DNA of 64,000 bases, from the IMG/VR virus record IMGVR_UViG_2857886120_000002; one strand, given 5' to 3'. The translations under genes and the position numbers were made by a program. This DNA comes from an uncultured virus (IMG/VR IMGVR_UViG_2857886120_000002). Its lineage: Duplodnaviria > Heunggongvirae > Uroviricota > Caudoviricetes. The notes under the pieces are model-generated. The model was not told where the DNA came from, searched no databases, and saw only the letters and a program-made list of their open reading frames with translations. The stretch's first letter is position 1, and each line of letters starts with the position of its first letter. Shown here piece by piece: positions 19,752-28,659 of the stretch.

Positions 19752-20674
19752 TAAAAAAAATAAAATGTAGCTTACTTGGACTCATAATTACTATGCCGAG
19801 TTTTGCCACATCTATTAGTACTCAACAAATAGTTCGATCAGCTCTCTCGACTAGTTGTACTGAATATAAAATTGCTGGAACATGTTTTTGGCTGTTTTGT
19901 TCCTATGGTTGCAAAATTCGTACATCTGTAAAAGTAAAGCACTATATCCCCGATGTTGTTATGTCTGCATATGAACAGCCGTTTGAAAATCCTTGGACCG
20001 AAATTAATGCTATTACCTCATCAGCAAGTTCATTAGTTGGGGCAAATATTCAAGGAGGGGGAGATACAAATAATCGTCAAGCAAATAATCGAACAAAAAT
20101 TCGTTTTAAAGATGTTCAAGCAATAGGCCACCCAGGCGGTGCTGTTTTCTCTCAAATGCTATCAGGCATGGGCTACTATTGTAATAATGGGGTAACGCCA
20201 TTTTATCCTTATTTTGTGAGTGAACTTGATTTTATTGCGTGGCGATTAGCACTTGTTGAATCTGTATACCCAGAGGCATTAATACCAGGTAAAAGAGAAA
20301 TTGGTAATTCATCCGATATGTGGGGAAACATTTATCCAAGAGCTGGTGCTGTTACTCAAAATGACGACTTCAAAGCAGGAGCAGTGGTTGTTCAACGAGG
20401 TGCTGATGTATTAACAAATAGTAATTCATTGCATGTCGTTCAAAATTACACTAAGCGTAAAAAAGATGGATTTTGGCCACCAGCTCCTGTTAAAGAAAAC
20501 ACAAAAAATCATAAATGGCAAGAATTGGCTCCAACATTAAATATGTCATGCGGTATTTTTCCAAATATTAATGATACAGCGAGCGTTGATGGATCCTATG
20601 TTTATGCATTGTGGAGACCGTATGCGTGTTGTAAGAGACGTGGGCAAAAATTTTTATACAGTATTGGGGAATGA
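19748..20674 (+). CDS. TIGR03756-family ICE protein (TraU-like)
   Basis: C--Y---G-CFWL-C, TSVKVKHYIPD, WGNIYPR-G, YALWRPY-CC. Confidence 0.92.
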   Translation: MIKKIKCSLLGLIITMPSFATSISTQQIVRSALSTSCTEYKIAGTCFWLFCSYGCKIRTSVKVKHYIPDVVMSAYEQPFENPWTEINAITSSASSLVGANIQGGGDTNNRQANNRTKIRFKDVQAIGHPGGAVFSQMLSGMGYYCNNGVTPFYPYFVSELDFIAWRLALVESVYPEALIPGKREIGNSSDMWGNIYPRAGAVTQNDDFKAGAVVVQRGADVLTNSNSLHVVQNYTKRKKDGFWPPAPVKENTKNHKWQELAPTLNMSCGIFPNINDTASVDGSYVYALWRPYACCKRRGQKFLYSIGE

Positions 20675-22005
20675 GGGGGATGATGATCATGGCAAAGAAA
20701 ACAACAATGACTATAACAGCATTATTACTGACAATTAGCTCCTATAGTTATGCTAATTCAACTGGCGGGATATCTGATAGTCTTTATTATCGTATCGGCG
20801 GTGGTTCGGTAAAAGGATCTACATATACATTTGATAAACCCAAATCCATTATGAATACGGGCAAATGGAACTCTATGATGTGCGGTAATTTTGATATTAG
20901 CTCAACAATCTCTAATCAACTAAATGGTGTAACAGAGGGTTTTAACAATATTATGAGCGAAGTTGTTAACAATGCTAAAGGTGCTGTTGCAAGTTTACCA
21001 GCCCTAGTTATACAACGAGCTAATCCTCAACTGTACGATTTGTTAACAAATGGTGTGTTACAAGCAAAATTAGATTATTCAGACATTAAGACAAGCTGCA
21101 AGCAACTTGCTGGAAAAATGGCTGATTACACAGATTCTGCTAGTTTGGTTCAAGTAGCTAAAGCTGAGAATATGGCCGAGATGTTAAATGGAAAGAAAGT
21201 TGATGCTATTCGAGTTGATAAACAAATTGATAGTGATGCAGGGAAAAATGGCATTTCATGGGTTGGAGGAGTAAAAAAAGGAGGGAAAGGACAAGATCCA
21301 ATTAAAATAACAAGTGATGTCGCTTTAGCTGGCTATAACTCATTAATAAATCGAAACGTTACGGATACAACACCCGTTAGTGATGCAAAAAATAAAGGGG
21401 GTGTTTATAAAACATGGAATAAACCTAGTGACGCACAAGTGTGGCTAACTGATGTTGTTGGTGAGCGCACTATGATAACTGATAGTGAAAATCAAAACGG
21501 TAATGATACAGGCAAGCCAGGGACGGGTTTAAGTCCAAAGACCGAAGAATATTACGAATTTTATTATAAAAAGTTGGTTGATTTAGTAAATGGTACAAAG
21601 CCTATTAGTAAAGCGGAATTAGAAGCACTAGAAGGCAGCTCTGTAAGTGTCACTCGAAGTGTCATTGAAACATTAAGGGAAGATAATGAGCGTGTTGTAT
21701 TAGTGAAACGTTTAGCGAGTGAAATGGCGTTGTCTAGAACTATTGAAGAAGCGATGATGGCACGGCGTATCATGTTAGCTGGCCGTAAAGAACCAAATGT
21801 GGCAAAAAATGAACCCGTCCAGTCTAAAATTTTGGACCAAATAGATGAACTGGATATGGAACTGAATCAAATTAAATTAGAGTACGATATGCGTAAATCC
21901 ATTGCTGGCAATACTTTATCTGTCATACAAGAACGAAAACAGCAAAGACAGCAAGGCGCTATTTTGCATATCGATAATCATGAATCTTTTGATGCAAATA
22001 AATAA
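20671..22005 (+). CDS. TIGR03755 (PFL_4711)-family ICE protein
   Basis: YYRIGGG, MCGNFD, NQLNGVTEGF, GAVASLPALVIQRANPQLYDLLTNGVLQ. Confidence 0.92.
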   Translation: MRGMMIMAKKTTMTITALLLTISSYSYANSTGGISDSLYYRIGGGSVKGSTYTFDKPKSIMNTGKWNSMMCGNFDISSTISNQLNGVTEGFNNIMSEVVNNAKGAVASLPALVIQRANPQLYDLLTNGVLQAKLDYSDIKTSCKQLAGKMADYTDSASLVQVAKAENMAEMLNGKKVDAIRVDKQIDSDAGKNGISWVGGVKKGGKGQDPIKITSDVALAGYNSLINRNVTDTTPVSDAKNKGGVYKTWNKPSDAQVWLTDVVGERTMITDSENQNGNDTGKPGTGLSPKTEEYYEFYYKKLVDLVNGTKPISKAELEALEGSSVSVTRSVIETLREDNERVVLVKRLASEMALSRTIEEAMMARRIMLAGRKEPNVAKNEPVQSKILDQIDELDMELNQIKLEYDMRKSIAGNTLSVIQERKQQRQQGAILHIDNHESFDANK

Positions 22006-22015
22006 CGAGTTAAAT

Positions 22016-22348
22016 ATGGATAAGAAAAAAATTATTAAGCTTACAATTTCTCTTATTTTTTTAATTGGATTAATTTGTTGCATATTATCTGTTTTTTCAT
22101 TAACAGAACGTGAAGTCGCTTCTATTAATGTATTTTTGAGTAGCAATTACTATTTTTTTCTTGTAATGCGTTTGTGTATTTATTGTTTTACTGGTTTTCT
22201 TTTATTAAAACTAAAAAAAATGATAAAGACAAAAGTAGTAACAACTGAAAAAAAGATATATTACAACAGATTAGTTTTTAGAATTAGCATGTTATGTGTT
22301 GCTTTAATTTGTTTTAATGAAGTGATGCTATTTATTAAAATGGGGTAA
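22016..22348 (+). CDS. Small ICE membrane protein
   Basis: Three hydrophobic segments; conserved slot between TIGR03755 and traG_N; start uncertain. Confidence 0.65.
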   Translation: MDKKKIIKLTISLIFLIGLICCILSVFSLTEREVASINVFLSSNYYFFLVMRLCIYCFTGFLLLKLKKMIKTKVVTTEKKIYYNRLVFRISMLCVALICFNEVMLFIKMG

Positions 22349-22354
22349 TGATAT

Positions 22355-23965
22355 ATGTCTGCAATGAGTTTTTTTGATTATGTGACATTGTCACTAGCAT
22401 GGTTGGTAAATAACGGAATATGGAGCATTATATCATCTTCTGGTCTTTTTATTGTCCCTTTTATATTCAAAATGCTTAGCATCACGATAAATGTTATGGA
22501 GGATGGAGAATTAAAAGGTAAGCATGCAAACGTTATTCTGACTAGATTGGAAACGTACATTTATATTAGCATGGTTGTCATTTTCTTTGCATGTTATCCA
22601 TCAATTCCTCTTGATATTCGTGTATTACACTATGAGCACAGCGGATTTTCAGCAGCTATCGATAACGGAAAAATTACTCGACAGAAAATGGAATGTTCAT
22701 ACGCTGAAATATCTCCAGAATCGTCATCATTTAAAAAAAATAGTATTTTATTTAATGGGAAACAAATTTATGTTCCCATATGGTGGTATTTTGTTCATTC
22801 ATTATCTTCAGGCTTCACGCAATCTGTAGTTACGACATTACCGTGCAATACTGATTTACGAGAGATTCGTACAACAATTTCGGAGCTAGCAGTAAAAGAT
22901 CCAATTTTGAAAAAAGAAGCTAATGAATTTTATTCATTTTGTTTCAATCCTTCGTTTAACAAATTAAGTACTGAGTTGCCTAAATTACCTGATGATTTAA
23001 TTAGTGATGTGACATGGCCAGGATCGTCATACTATTTAAATACACCAGGATATTATGATTCGTTTAGAGCTCAAACTCCGCAACATCGCTGGCCATATGA
23101 TGAACAACGAGATGTTGGATTAACACCAGGAGAAGGTAATACTGGCTATCCTTCATGTAAAGCGTGGTGGAGTGACAGTAAAAATGGCTTAAAAAAAGCA
23201 CTGATTGCTGATATTAATCAGCAGATTAAGATCGAGTCTAATGAAAAATCAAAAACAGGTAATTTAAATCCAAACATTAATAAATTTTCGTTTTGGGAAT
23301 GGTTGACAAACAGTAAAGAAGAGCTGAATGGAATTGTTTTACGTTCAGTTTTAAATCCCAAAAAAATGTTACAAAGCTCAGATTATCTGTTTGTTGACTA
23401 CGAAAATAGGGATCCATCGATATCTGAGCAAGTTGGCAGTTCAATTGCGTCAGTCGGGGCATTTTTTTCTTCTATGTCGAACTTTATTGAAATTGATGCG
23501 TTGCGACAAGCAGCACCCATGGTTCAATCGATATTAATAATGTCTATTATTATTTTATTACCTATCATTATTTTAATTGGGGGATTTGAACCGAAGACGA
23601 TAATCACGCTAACATTTGTCCTATTTTCATTGATATTTTTAACATTTGTCTGGGAACTGGCACGTTTTCTAGATTCTAGACTGATTAATATTATGTATGA
23701 AAATAATGCTATTCATTTTATGTCCGATCGGTGGAATATTAATAAATCGTTAGTTGATATTATTACGTCATTTGTATTTATTGGGTTTCCGTTGATTTTA
23801 CTTACAAGTTTTTCGTGGGCTGGAGTAAAAATAGGGAATGCAATAAATAGTTTTATGGATAGAGGTTCGGATAAAATGCGACAGGCAGGAAAAGAAGGAA
23901 TGAATAAGGTTGAACAAGGTGGTAAAAAGGCAGCTAAAATAATAACGAAAGGTAAAAGTAAATAA
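22355..23965 (+). CDS. traG: TraG N-terminal-domain conjugal transfer protein (mating-pair stabilisation)
   Basis: W-VNNGIW, VPIWW-FVH-LS-G, WPGS-Y-L-TPGYYD, GYPSC--WW-D, RQA-PMVQ, WELARFLDS. Confidence 0.9.
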   Translation: MSAMSFFDYVTLSLAWLVNNGIWSIISSSGLFIVPFIFKMLSITINVMEDGELKGKHANVILTRLETYIYISMVVIFFACYPSIPLDIRVLHYEHSGFSAAIDNGKITRQKMECSYAEISPESSSFKKNSILFNGKQIYVPIWWYFVHSLSSGFTQSVVTTLPCNTDLREIRTTISELAVKDPILKKEANEFYSFCFNPSFNKLSTELPKLPDDLISDVTWPGSSYYLNTPGYYDSFRAQTPQHRWPYDEQRDVGLTPGEGNTGYPSCKAWWSDSKNGLKKALIADINQQIKIESNEKSKTGNLNPNINKFSFWEWLTNSKEELNGIVLRSVLNPKKMLQSSDYLFVDYENRDPSISEQVGSSIASVGAFFSSMSNFIEIDALRQAAPMVQSILIMSIIILLPIIILIGGFEPKTIITLTFVLFSLIFLTFVWELARFLDSRLINIMYENNAIHFMSDRWNINKSLVDIITSFVFIGFPLILLTSFSWAGVKIGNAINSFMDRGSDKMRQAGKEGMNKVEQGGKKAAKIITKGKSK

Positions 23966-23977
23966 TTAATGGTGTCA

Positions 23978-24012
23978 AAATAACTGGCATTAGATTAAAT
24001 GCCAGTTATTTA
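23978..24012. terminator. Bidirectional hairpin between convergent traG_N and DUF3742-like gene
   Basis: AAATAACTGGCATT-AGATTA-AATGCCAGTTATTT perfect inverted repeat. Confidence 0.7.
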
Positions 24013-24018
24013 AAATAA

Positions 24019-24294
24019 TCACCATTTTATCCTGCCATCTCTTGTGTAGCCATGACCTTCATCATCATCATAATACGATATTTCATTTCTTCTTTCTTCC
24101 TCTTCTTCTTTTCTTTTTTCTGGTGTCGTTTCCAAAAAAAACAGTAATACGTAGAGTATGCCTTTGAATATGAACAATATGAATTTTACAGAAACTGTTA
24201 AAATTTTTATAAATAATTCAAAACCGTCACTATTAAAAAGCATTTTATGGTTTGTGTCAGATTGTGTTGACTTATCTTTATTTTCCATTTTCAT
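24019..24294 (-). CDS. DUF3742-like small membrane protein
   Basis: TM segment, acidic stretch, G-GY--DG-R C-terminus; convergent to traG_N as in related ICEs. Confidence 0.55.
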   Translation of the reverse strand: MKMENKDKSTQSDTNHKMLFNSDGFELFIKILTVSVKFILFIFKGILYVLLFFLETTPEKRKEEEEERRNEISYYDDDEGHGYTRDGRIKW

Positions 24295-24365
24295 GTCTCT
24301 GATTAAAATTTATTCTTTTATATATAAAACATCTTTTATTTTGTGTCAATGCTAAATACTTAAAT

Positions 24366-24481
24366 GGCAAAAGCAAAGGGTAAAGGGGTAAGGTAAAAAG
24401 GGTAATGGTATTAAGGGTAATGGGCCATAATGGGAATGGCCCTACCTTGAAAAGGCTGAAAAGGCTAAAAGTAAAAAGGGC
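24366..24481 (+). repeat. Purine-skewed (G)GGTAA repeat tract with GGGCCAT/ATGGCCC hairpin; candidate oriT or protein-binding array
   Basis: Several GGG tracts, inverted repeat 24422-24442, TGAAAAGGC tandem at 24448-24465. Confidence 0.5.
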
Positions 24482-24558
24482 ATAACATAACTAGCTGTTG
24501 ATTTTTAATTTAATATTGAATTTAGTGAATAATTTACATTATAATGAAACCTGTTTCC

Positions 24559-24712
24559 GTTACTATTTAGTAGCAAACAACGAGAAGATGATCGTTAATT
24601 CTCAGACGTAGCCAGTAAAATGGGACGTTCCTTTTTTAAGGTGATCACGCACTAACAACCAACAAACTCACTGTTTTTTGCAGGTTGGTGACATCTATTT
24701 TGATGTTGAGTT
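24559..24712 (+). ncRNA. ~150-nt repeated structured leader, copy 1
   Basis: Homologous to the reverse complements of 31419-31571, 33185-33339, 34741-34895; TTGAAT(24516)-18-TATAAT(24540) promoter just upstream. Confidence 0.7.
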
Positions 24713-24750
24713 ATTTTAGACTATCACATTCACATATTGAGGTATACTCA

Positions 24751-25104
24751 ATGTCTTATGCAATTACTTTTGACTTCGATACAAGCAGGTTAGAGCACTA
24801 TTATCCTGGTGCATATACTAATGCTTATAAAGAAGTTAGAGATGAGTTAAAAAAGCTTGGTTTTGAATGGAAGCAAGGATCTGTATATTTTGGTAATAGT
24901 AGTATTAATGCAGTAACTTGTGTTTTAGCCGTTCAACAATTGGGACAAAAGTTTAGTTGGTTTACACCTTCATTGAAAGATATTCGAATGCTAAGAATTG
25001 AGGAATACAATGACTTACTTCCAGCATTAGTGCAACAACGAGAACTAACTCATGCCTCATTAGAAAAAAATGAGATCCAAAATAAAACAAGAAAATTATT
25101 TTAA
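24751..25104 (+). CDS. vapD: VapD-family (Cas2-like) nuclease
   Basis: YAITFDFD, AY-EVR-EL---GF-W-QGSVY, FSWF--S-KDIRMLRIEE--DL. Confidence 0.9.
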   Translation: MSYAITFDFDTSRLEHYYPGAYTNAYKEVRDELKKLGFEWKQGSVYFGNSSINAVTCVLAVQQLGQKFSWFTPSLKDIRMLRIEEYNDLLPALVQQRELTHASLEKNEIQNKTRKLF

Positions 25105-25200
25105 TAAGTAATTAATTGTTTTTTATCTTTTACCCATAGGGGAATATTTTCTCCTGTGGCGAAAGTATTCTCCTTATTTCACTTAATTAGGAGAATATCC

Positions 25201-25326
25201 ATGTTGACTAACGAATACATACTTCTTTCGACAGAATATTTTCTCGCTTTAATCAATTGCGAAGCAACTATTCCTGATGATGTATCATTAAGTTCAATCA
25301 TTCAACAATACTTACATAAGTCTTAA
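25201..25326 (+). CDS. 41-aa hypothetical protein (not in ORF track)
   Basis: AGGAG RBS, ATG 25201, TAA 25324-25326; preceded by a pseudoknot element. Confidence 0.5.
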   Translation: MLTNEYILLSTEYFLALINCEATIPDDVSLSSIIQQYLHKS

Positions 25327-25404
25327 TTTTAATGTCAACCGAGAGGGGGATTTTCACTCCTCTTGAGTGATACCTCCTGATTTTGTTTGAGGAGTTTTAT
25401 TATT

Positions 25405-25791
25405 ATGAGATGGTATTCAGAGCATAATATTCATACTAAATCTGAGTTAATTAATTTATTAATTGCTCCTGTTTATAGTGAACATTATGAAGAAAAAACA
25501 TTGCAATTTCATGTTTGTAATGACTATATTCATGGAGTAACCATATTATGGTCATTAATTGAATTTAATGTCATAAACGATTATCGAAACATTTTACTGG
25601 CAGGTAAATACCGTTACATAAAATGTAATTTGATTAAAAAAATTGACGAGGCTTGGAGTTATTCATGTTATTGTGAATTATCTTTTCCTCCTTATTATTC
25701 ATGTCCACTTAATTACCTTGAATTAGCTAATTTTGAAGTAAATCAAGAATGGCGAACTCAAGTTAGAAATTATCATCAACTACAAAAATAG
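25405..25791 (+). CDS. Conserved ICE hypothetical protein
   Basis: KSELI-LLIAP, LWS, RYI-C-L, P-YYSCPL-YL-LA, W R--VR-YH pattern seen in PFGI-1-class accessory regions. Confidence 0.7.
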   Translation: MRWYSEHNIHTKSELINLLIAPVYSEHYEEKTLQFHVCNDYIHGVTILWSLIEFNVINDYRNILLAGKYRYIKCNLIKKIDEAWSYSCYCELSFPPYYSCPLNYLELANFEVNQEWRTQVRNYHQLQK

Positions 25792-25877
25792 TTTTCCTAT
25801 TTCTATTTAAACCAGCTTACTTTATTACGCATAAAGTAGTTGGTTTTTATTTTTACTTTTTATACTGGAGCATTAAT

Positions 25878-26429
25878 ATGATTTCAATACCTGGTGAATT
25901 AGTCATTACGACCAGAACGGGGAGATATGGCAATTTTAATGTCGCCAAGCTTTTTACGTCTATTGGTGAATTTTCTTTAAAAGATAATAAATTATTGGAT
26001 CAGTATGAAGCTGGAAAATATGAAGGGTCGTTTGTTATTAAACAAATCAAATCTTCTTCATATAGTTATGGCAATCGTGTTGTTATTGAATGTTGTGCGT
26101 ATATTGAAGATATGGATCTAGTTAATTCATCTAAATTAGATGAAGCAGATTCAGAAAAAATACATGTATCAGAAGACCCTATTTGTCAGACTGAGTCATC
26201 TGAAGTTCAGAAAGTTAATACTGAGCATCAACATGAAGAAACTATGGCTACCTCAGATTCAGATGATGCTGAACTGTTTGGTATTTTATGGCCAATAGGT
26301 GATCAAGTTAAACTAGATTCAACGGAGGATCGCTTAAAAATACGTTCCCAGAAAAAACGTTTAATCGAACTTGGTTACCATTTTGACTATAAAAGCCAAT
26401 GTTGGAATAAATTGCCAGAACAATTTTAA
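25878..26429 (+). CDS. DUF3275-family protein
   Basis: MI-IPG-L-I----GRYG-FNV--L-TSIGEF, D-ELFG-LWP-G--VKLD-T-DR. Confidence 0.9.
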   Translation: MISIPGELVITTRTGRYGNFNVAKLFTSIGEFSLKDNKLLDQYEAGKYEGSFVIKQIKSSSYSYGNRVVIECCAYIEDMDLVNSSKLDEADSEKIHVSEDPICQTESSEVQKVNTEHQHEETMATSDSDDAELFGILWPIGDQVKLDSTEDRLKIRSQKKRLIELGYHFDYKSQCWNKLPEQF

Positions 26430-26508
26430 CTTAACTTATCTATCTCTGGGGAGAAACAGGTCTTCCTAGAGATCGTTTCTCCTTATATTGATTTAAGGAG
26501 AAACTTTA

Positions 26509-27087
26509 ATGAGTAACATTCTTACATTACAAGATATTCCTGATTTGAAATGTGATTGTTGTATTGCGAATAATGACTCCGAACTGATTTTTTTATCTGT
26601 ATGGGGGAAAGATACCGCAATGCAGGAACTCTTTGCAAAACTTACGATTGGCGAAACAACTAAACATGGTTTAACGGATATTAAGTTAAATCATCATCGG
26701 GTGTTTTTAGCCGAAGGAAAGCATTATGCAAAGCGCACATTGAAAGTAACTAAAACGTTATTTGGTTCGTTGATTCATGCTTTTATTTTTGATAAACGCA
26801 TTATTGAGCCAAACCGTGATTCAAATTCAATGATCTCTATTTATAAGGTAGAAGATGTTTCCACTAGACATAATCGTTACTTTGATGCAATTAAAACACT
26901 TTCATCTGTACCCATTTTAGAACATTGGGCTGACGAAATTGTATCGATTGCTAAACAACAAGGAATGATTAAAGAACATAAAGCAATTGTTGGTGATATT
27001 GATGCAACAACAATCATAGTAAACGACACAATATTAACTCAAATCATGAGCCAAAAAATTTGTGATGGTATTTTAACTTTATCATAA
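26509..27087 (+). CDS. Conserved ICE hypothetical protein
   Basis: LIFLSVWGKDTAMQE--AKLT, LFG-LIH--IFD-R, P-L-HW motifs; synteny before the MTase. Confidence 0.7.
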   Translation: MSNILTLQDIPDLKCDCCIANNDSELIFLSVWGKDTAMQELFAKLTIGETTKHGLTDIKLNHHRVFLAEGKHYAKRTLKVTKTLFGSLIHAFIFDKRIIEPNRDSNSMISIYKVEDVSTRHNRYFDAIKTLSSVPILEHWADEIVSIAKQQGMIKEHKAIVGDIDATTIIVNDTILTQIMSQKICDGILTLS

Positions 27088-27102
27088 TCATAGGGAGTAT
27101 TT

Positions 27103-28578
27103 ATGGTTGCACTTGTATCACCGAGAGTGGCGCATAATTTTGCTAAAAATGGCTATTATCCAACGGATGATGCTACAACAAATGCAATTATTAGCCATTT
27201 TGTAAGAACTGAGAATACTGCTATTCGAGTTTTAGATCCTTGCATTGGTGAAGCTCGAGCAGCAAGTAATATTGCGTATTCACTTAGTCATAAAGCAAAA
27301 CTATATGGTATTGAATACAATCGACATCGAGCAGAACTAGCTCAAAAATATTGTGATGTTTTGTTAAGAAGTGACTTATTTGATACCGTTATTTCACCTA
27401 ATTCCTTTGGTTTATTATTCTTAAATCCGCCATACGGAGATTTAACTAGTGAACATAATGGAGCAATTACAAATTATCAGAAAGACTACAAACGACTAGA
27501 GAAAATATTCTATCGTTTTACGATCCCGTCGCTTCAGTATAACGGTATTTTAGTATTAATAATTCCGTTTACTCAGCTTGATGAGATGCTTTCAAATTGG
27601 ATTGCAAATCAGTTCACTGATATTTCAATATTTACAGCTTGTGATAAACAATTCAAGCAAATTGTTATTTTTGGAAGAAAAGTTCGACAAAATAATATAG
27701 CACTTCAGGAAAAAAATGATGTGAAGGCGAAATTTAAGGCTATTTTTGAAGGAGAAATTGTTCCTGATGAGATAGCTGTTACAAATAAGCCAATGTATCA
27801 AATTCCTGAGCTAGAAAGTGAAATTAAGTCTTTCTATAAATTATCATTTACCGATGAAGAGTTAGGTCAGGAAGTTAAAAAGATAGGTGGATTATGGAAT
27901 GACTTTAATCTTTTTTTCAAAAAATGTTGTGAACGCAAACGCAAACCGTTGTGTAAAATGTCGGATTGGCATTTATCACTAGCACTGGCTGCTGGTGAAA
28001 TCAATGGTATTGTAAAATCCAATACAGGTAAAACTTATATCATTAAAGGTGATACTTACAAATCAAAGTCAAAAAGTGTTGAAAATACTTTTGATGATGA
28101 GGGCTTTATTGTTGAATCAAAAACAATTTTGACCGATAAATTTGTTCCTTCAATTAAGGCATGGGATTTCACTCCAAATTCAGAAACATTTGGTTCGTTA
28201 TTTCTAATTTCGAACCGAGATAATGAACCTGATGAATTGTGTGAAGATGATGGATGTCTTGAAAACAATCAATACAATTTGGTTATCACTGGAGAGATTT
28301 ATTTTACACAAGGAGTTAAGTCCTTAACAGATAGTGATTTTAATATGGCACTTGCTGTTTCAAAAGCGCTCAGTCGTTATGAAAAAGGTGATTGGGGTAA
28401 TGATATGGATGATAGTGACAAAAAATTAAATGATCGAGTTTTAAGGCAAGGACAAAAAAATGATCGCTTATTTGCAAGTTATAAGCTTTCTGATGATAAA
28501 AAACTATGGATTATTACAGAGTGGTATGATTATAAGCAAGCTTTTATGACTACACTAATGCTGCCGAATGAGTATTAA
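27103..28578 (+). CDS. ICE DNA methyltransferase (DUF6094/class I SAM, NPPY amino-MTase) with an extra C-terminal domain
   Basis: NF-KNGYYPTD, LDPCIGE, LFLNPPYGD, WHL-LALAAG; C-terminal GDWG...WIITEW...TTLMLPNEY module. Confidence 0.88.
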   Translation: MVALVSPRVAHNFAKNGYYPTDDATTNAIISHFVRTENTAIRVLDPCIGEARAASNIAYSLSHKAKLYGIEYNRHRAELAQKYCDVLLRSDLFDTVISPNSFGLLFLNPPYGDLTSEHNGAITNYQKDYKRLEKIFYRFTIPSLQYNGILVLIIPFTQLDEMLSNWIANQFTDISIFTACDKQFKQIVIFGRKVRQNNIALQEKNDVKAKFKAIFEGEIVPDEIAVTNKPMYQIPELESEIKSFYKLSFTDEELGQEVKKIGGLWNDFNLFFKKCCERKRKPLCKMSDWHLSLALAAGEINGIVKSNTGKTYIIKGDTYKSKSKSVENTFDDEGFIVESKTILTDKFVPSIKAWDFTPNSETFGSLFLISNRDNEPDELCEDDGCLENNQYNLVITGEIYFTQGVKSLTDSDFNMALAVSKALSRYEKGDWGNDMDDSDKKLNDRVLRQGQKNDRLFASYKLSDDKKLWIITEWYDYKQAFMTTLMLPNEY

Positions 28579-28659
28579 TTCTGTATTAATTAAAACATTA
28601 ACCCATAAGGGATACAATCCCTTGTGGAGCTTGTATCCCTTTTTATTTAAGGATTAAAA

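Noticed and set aside
24751..25104. cas2 of a CRISPR-Cas system
   Set aside because: Motifs fit VapD; no cas1 or repeat-spacer array in the window
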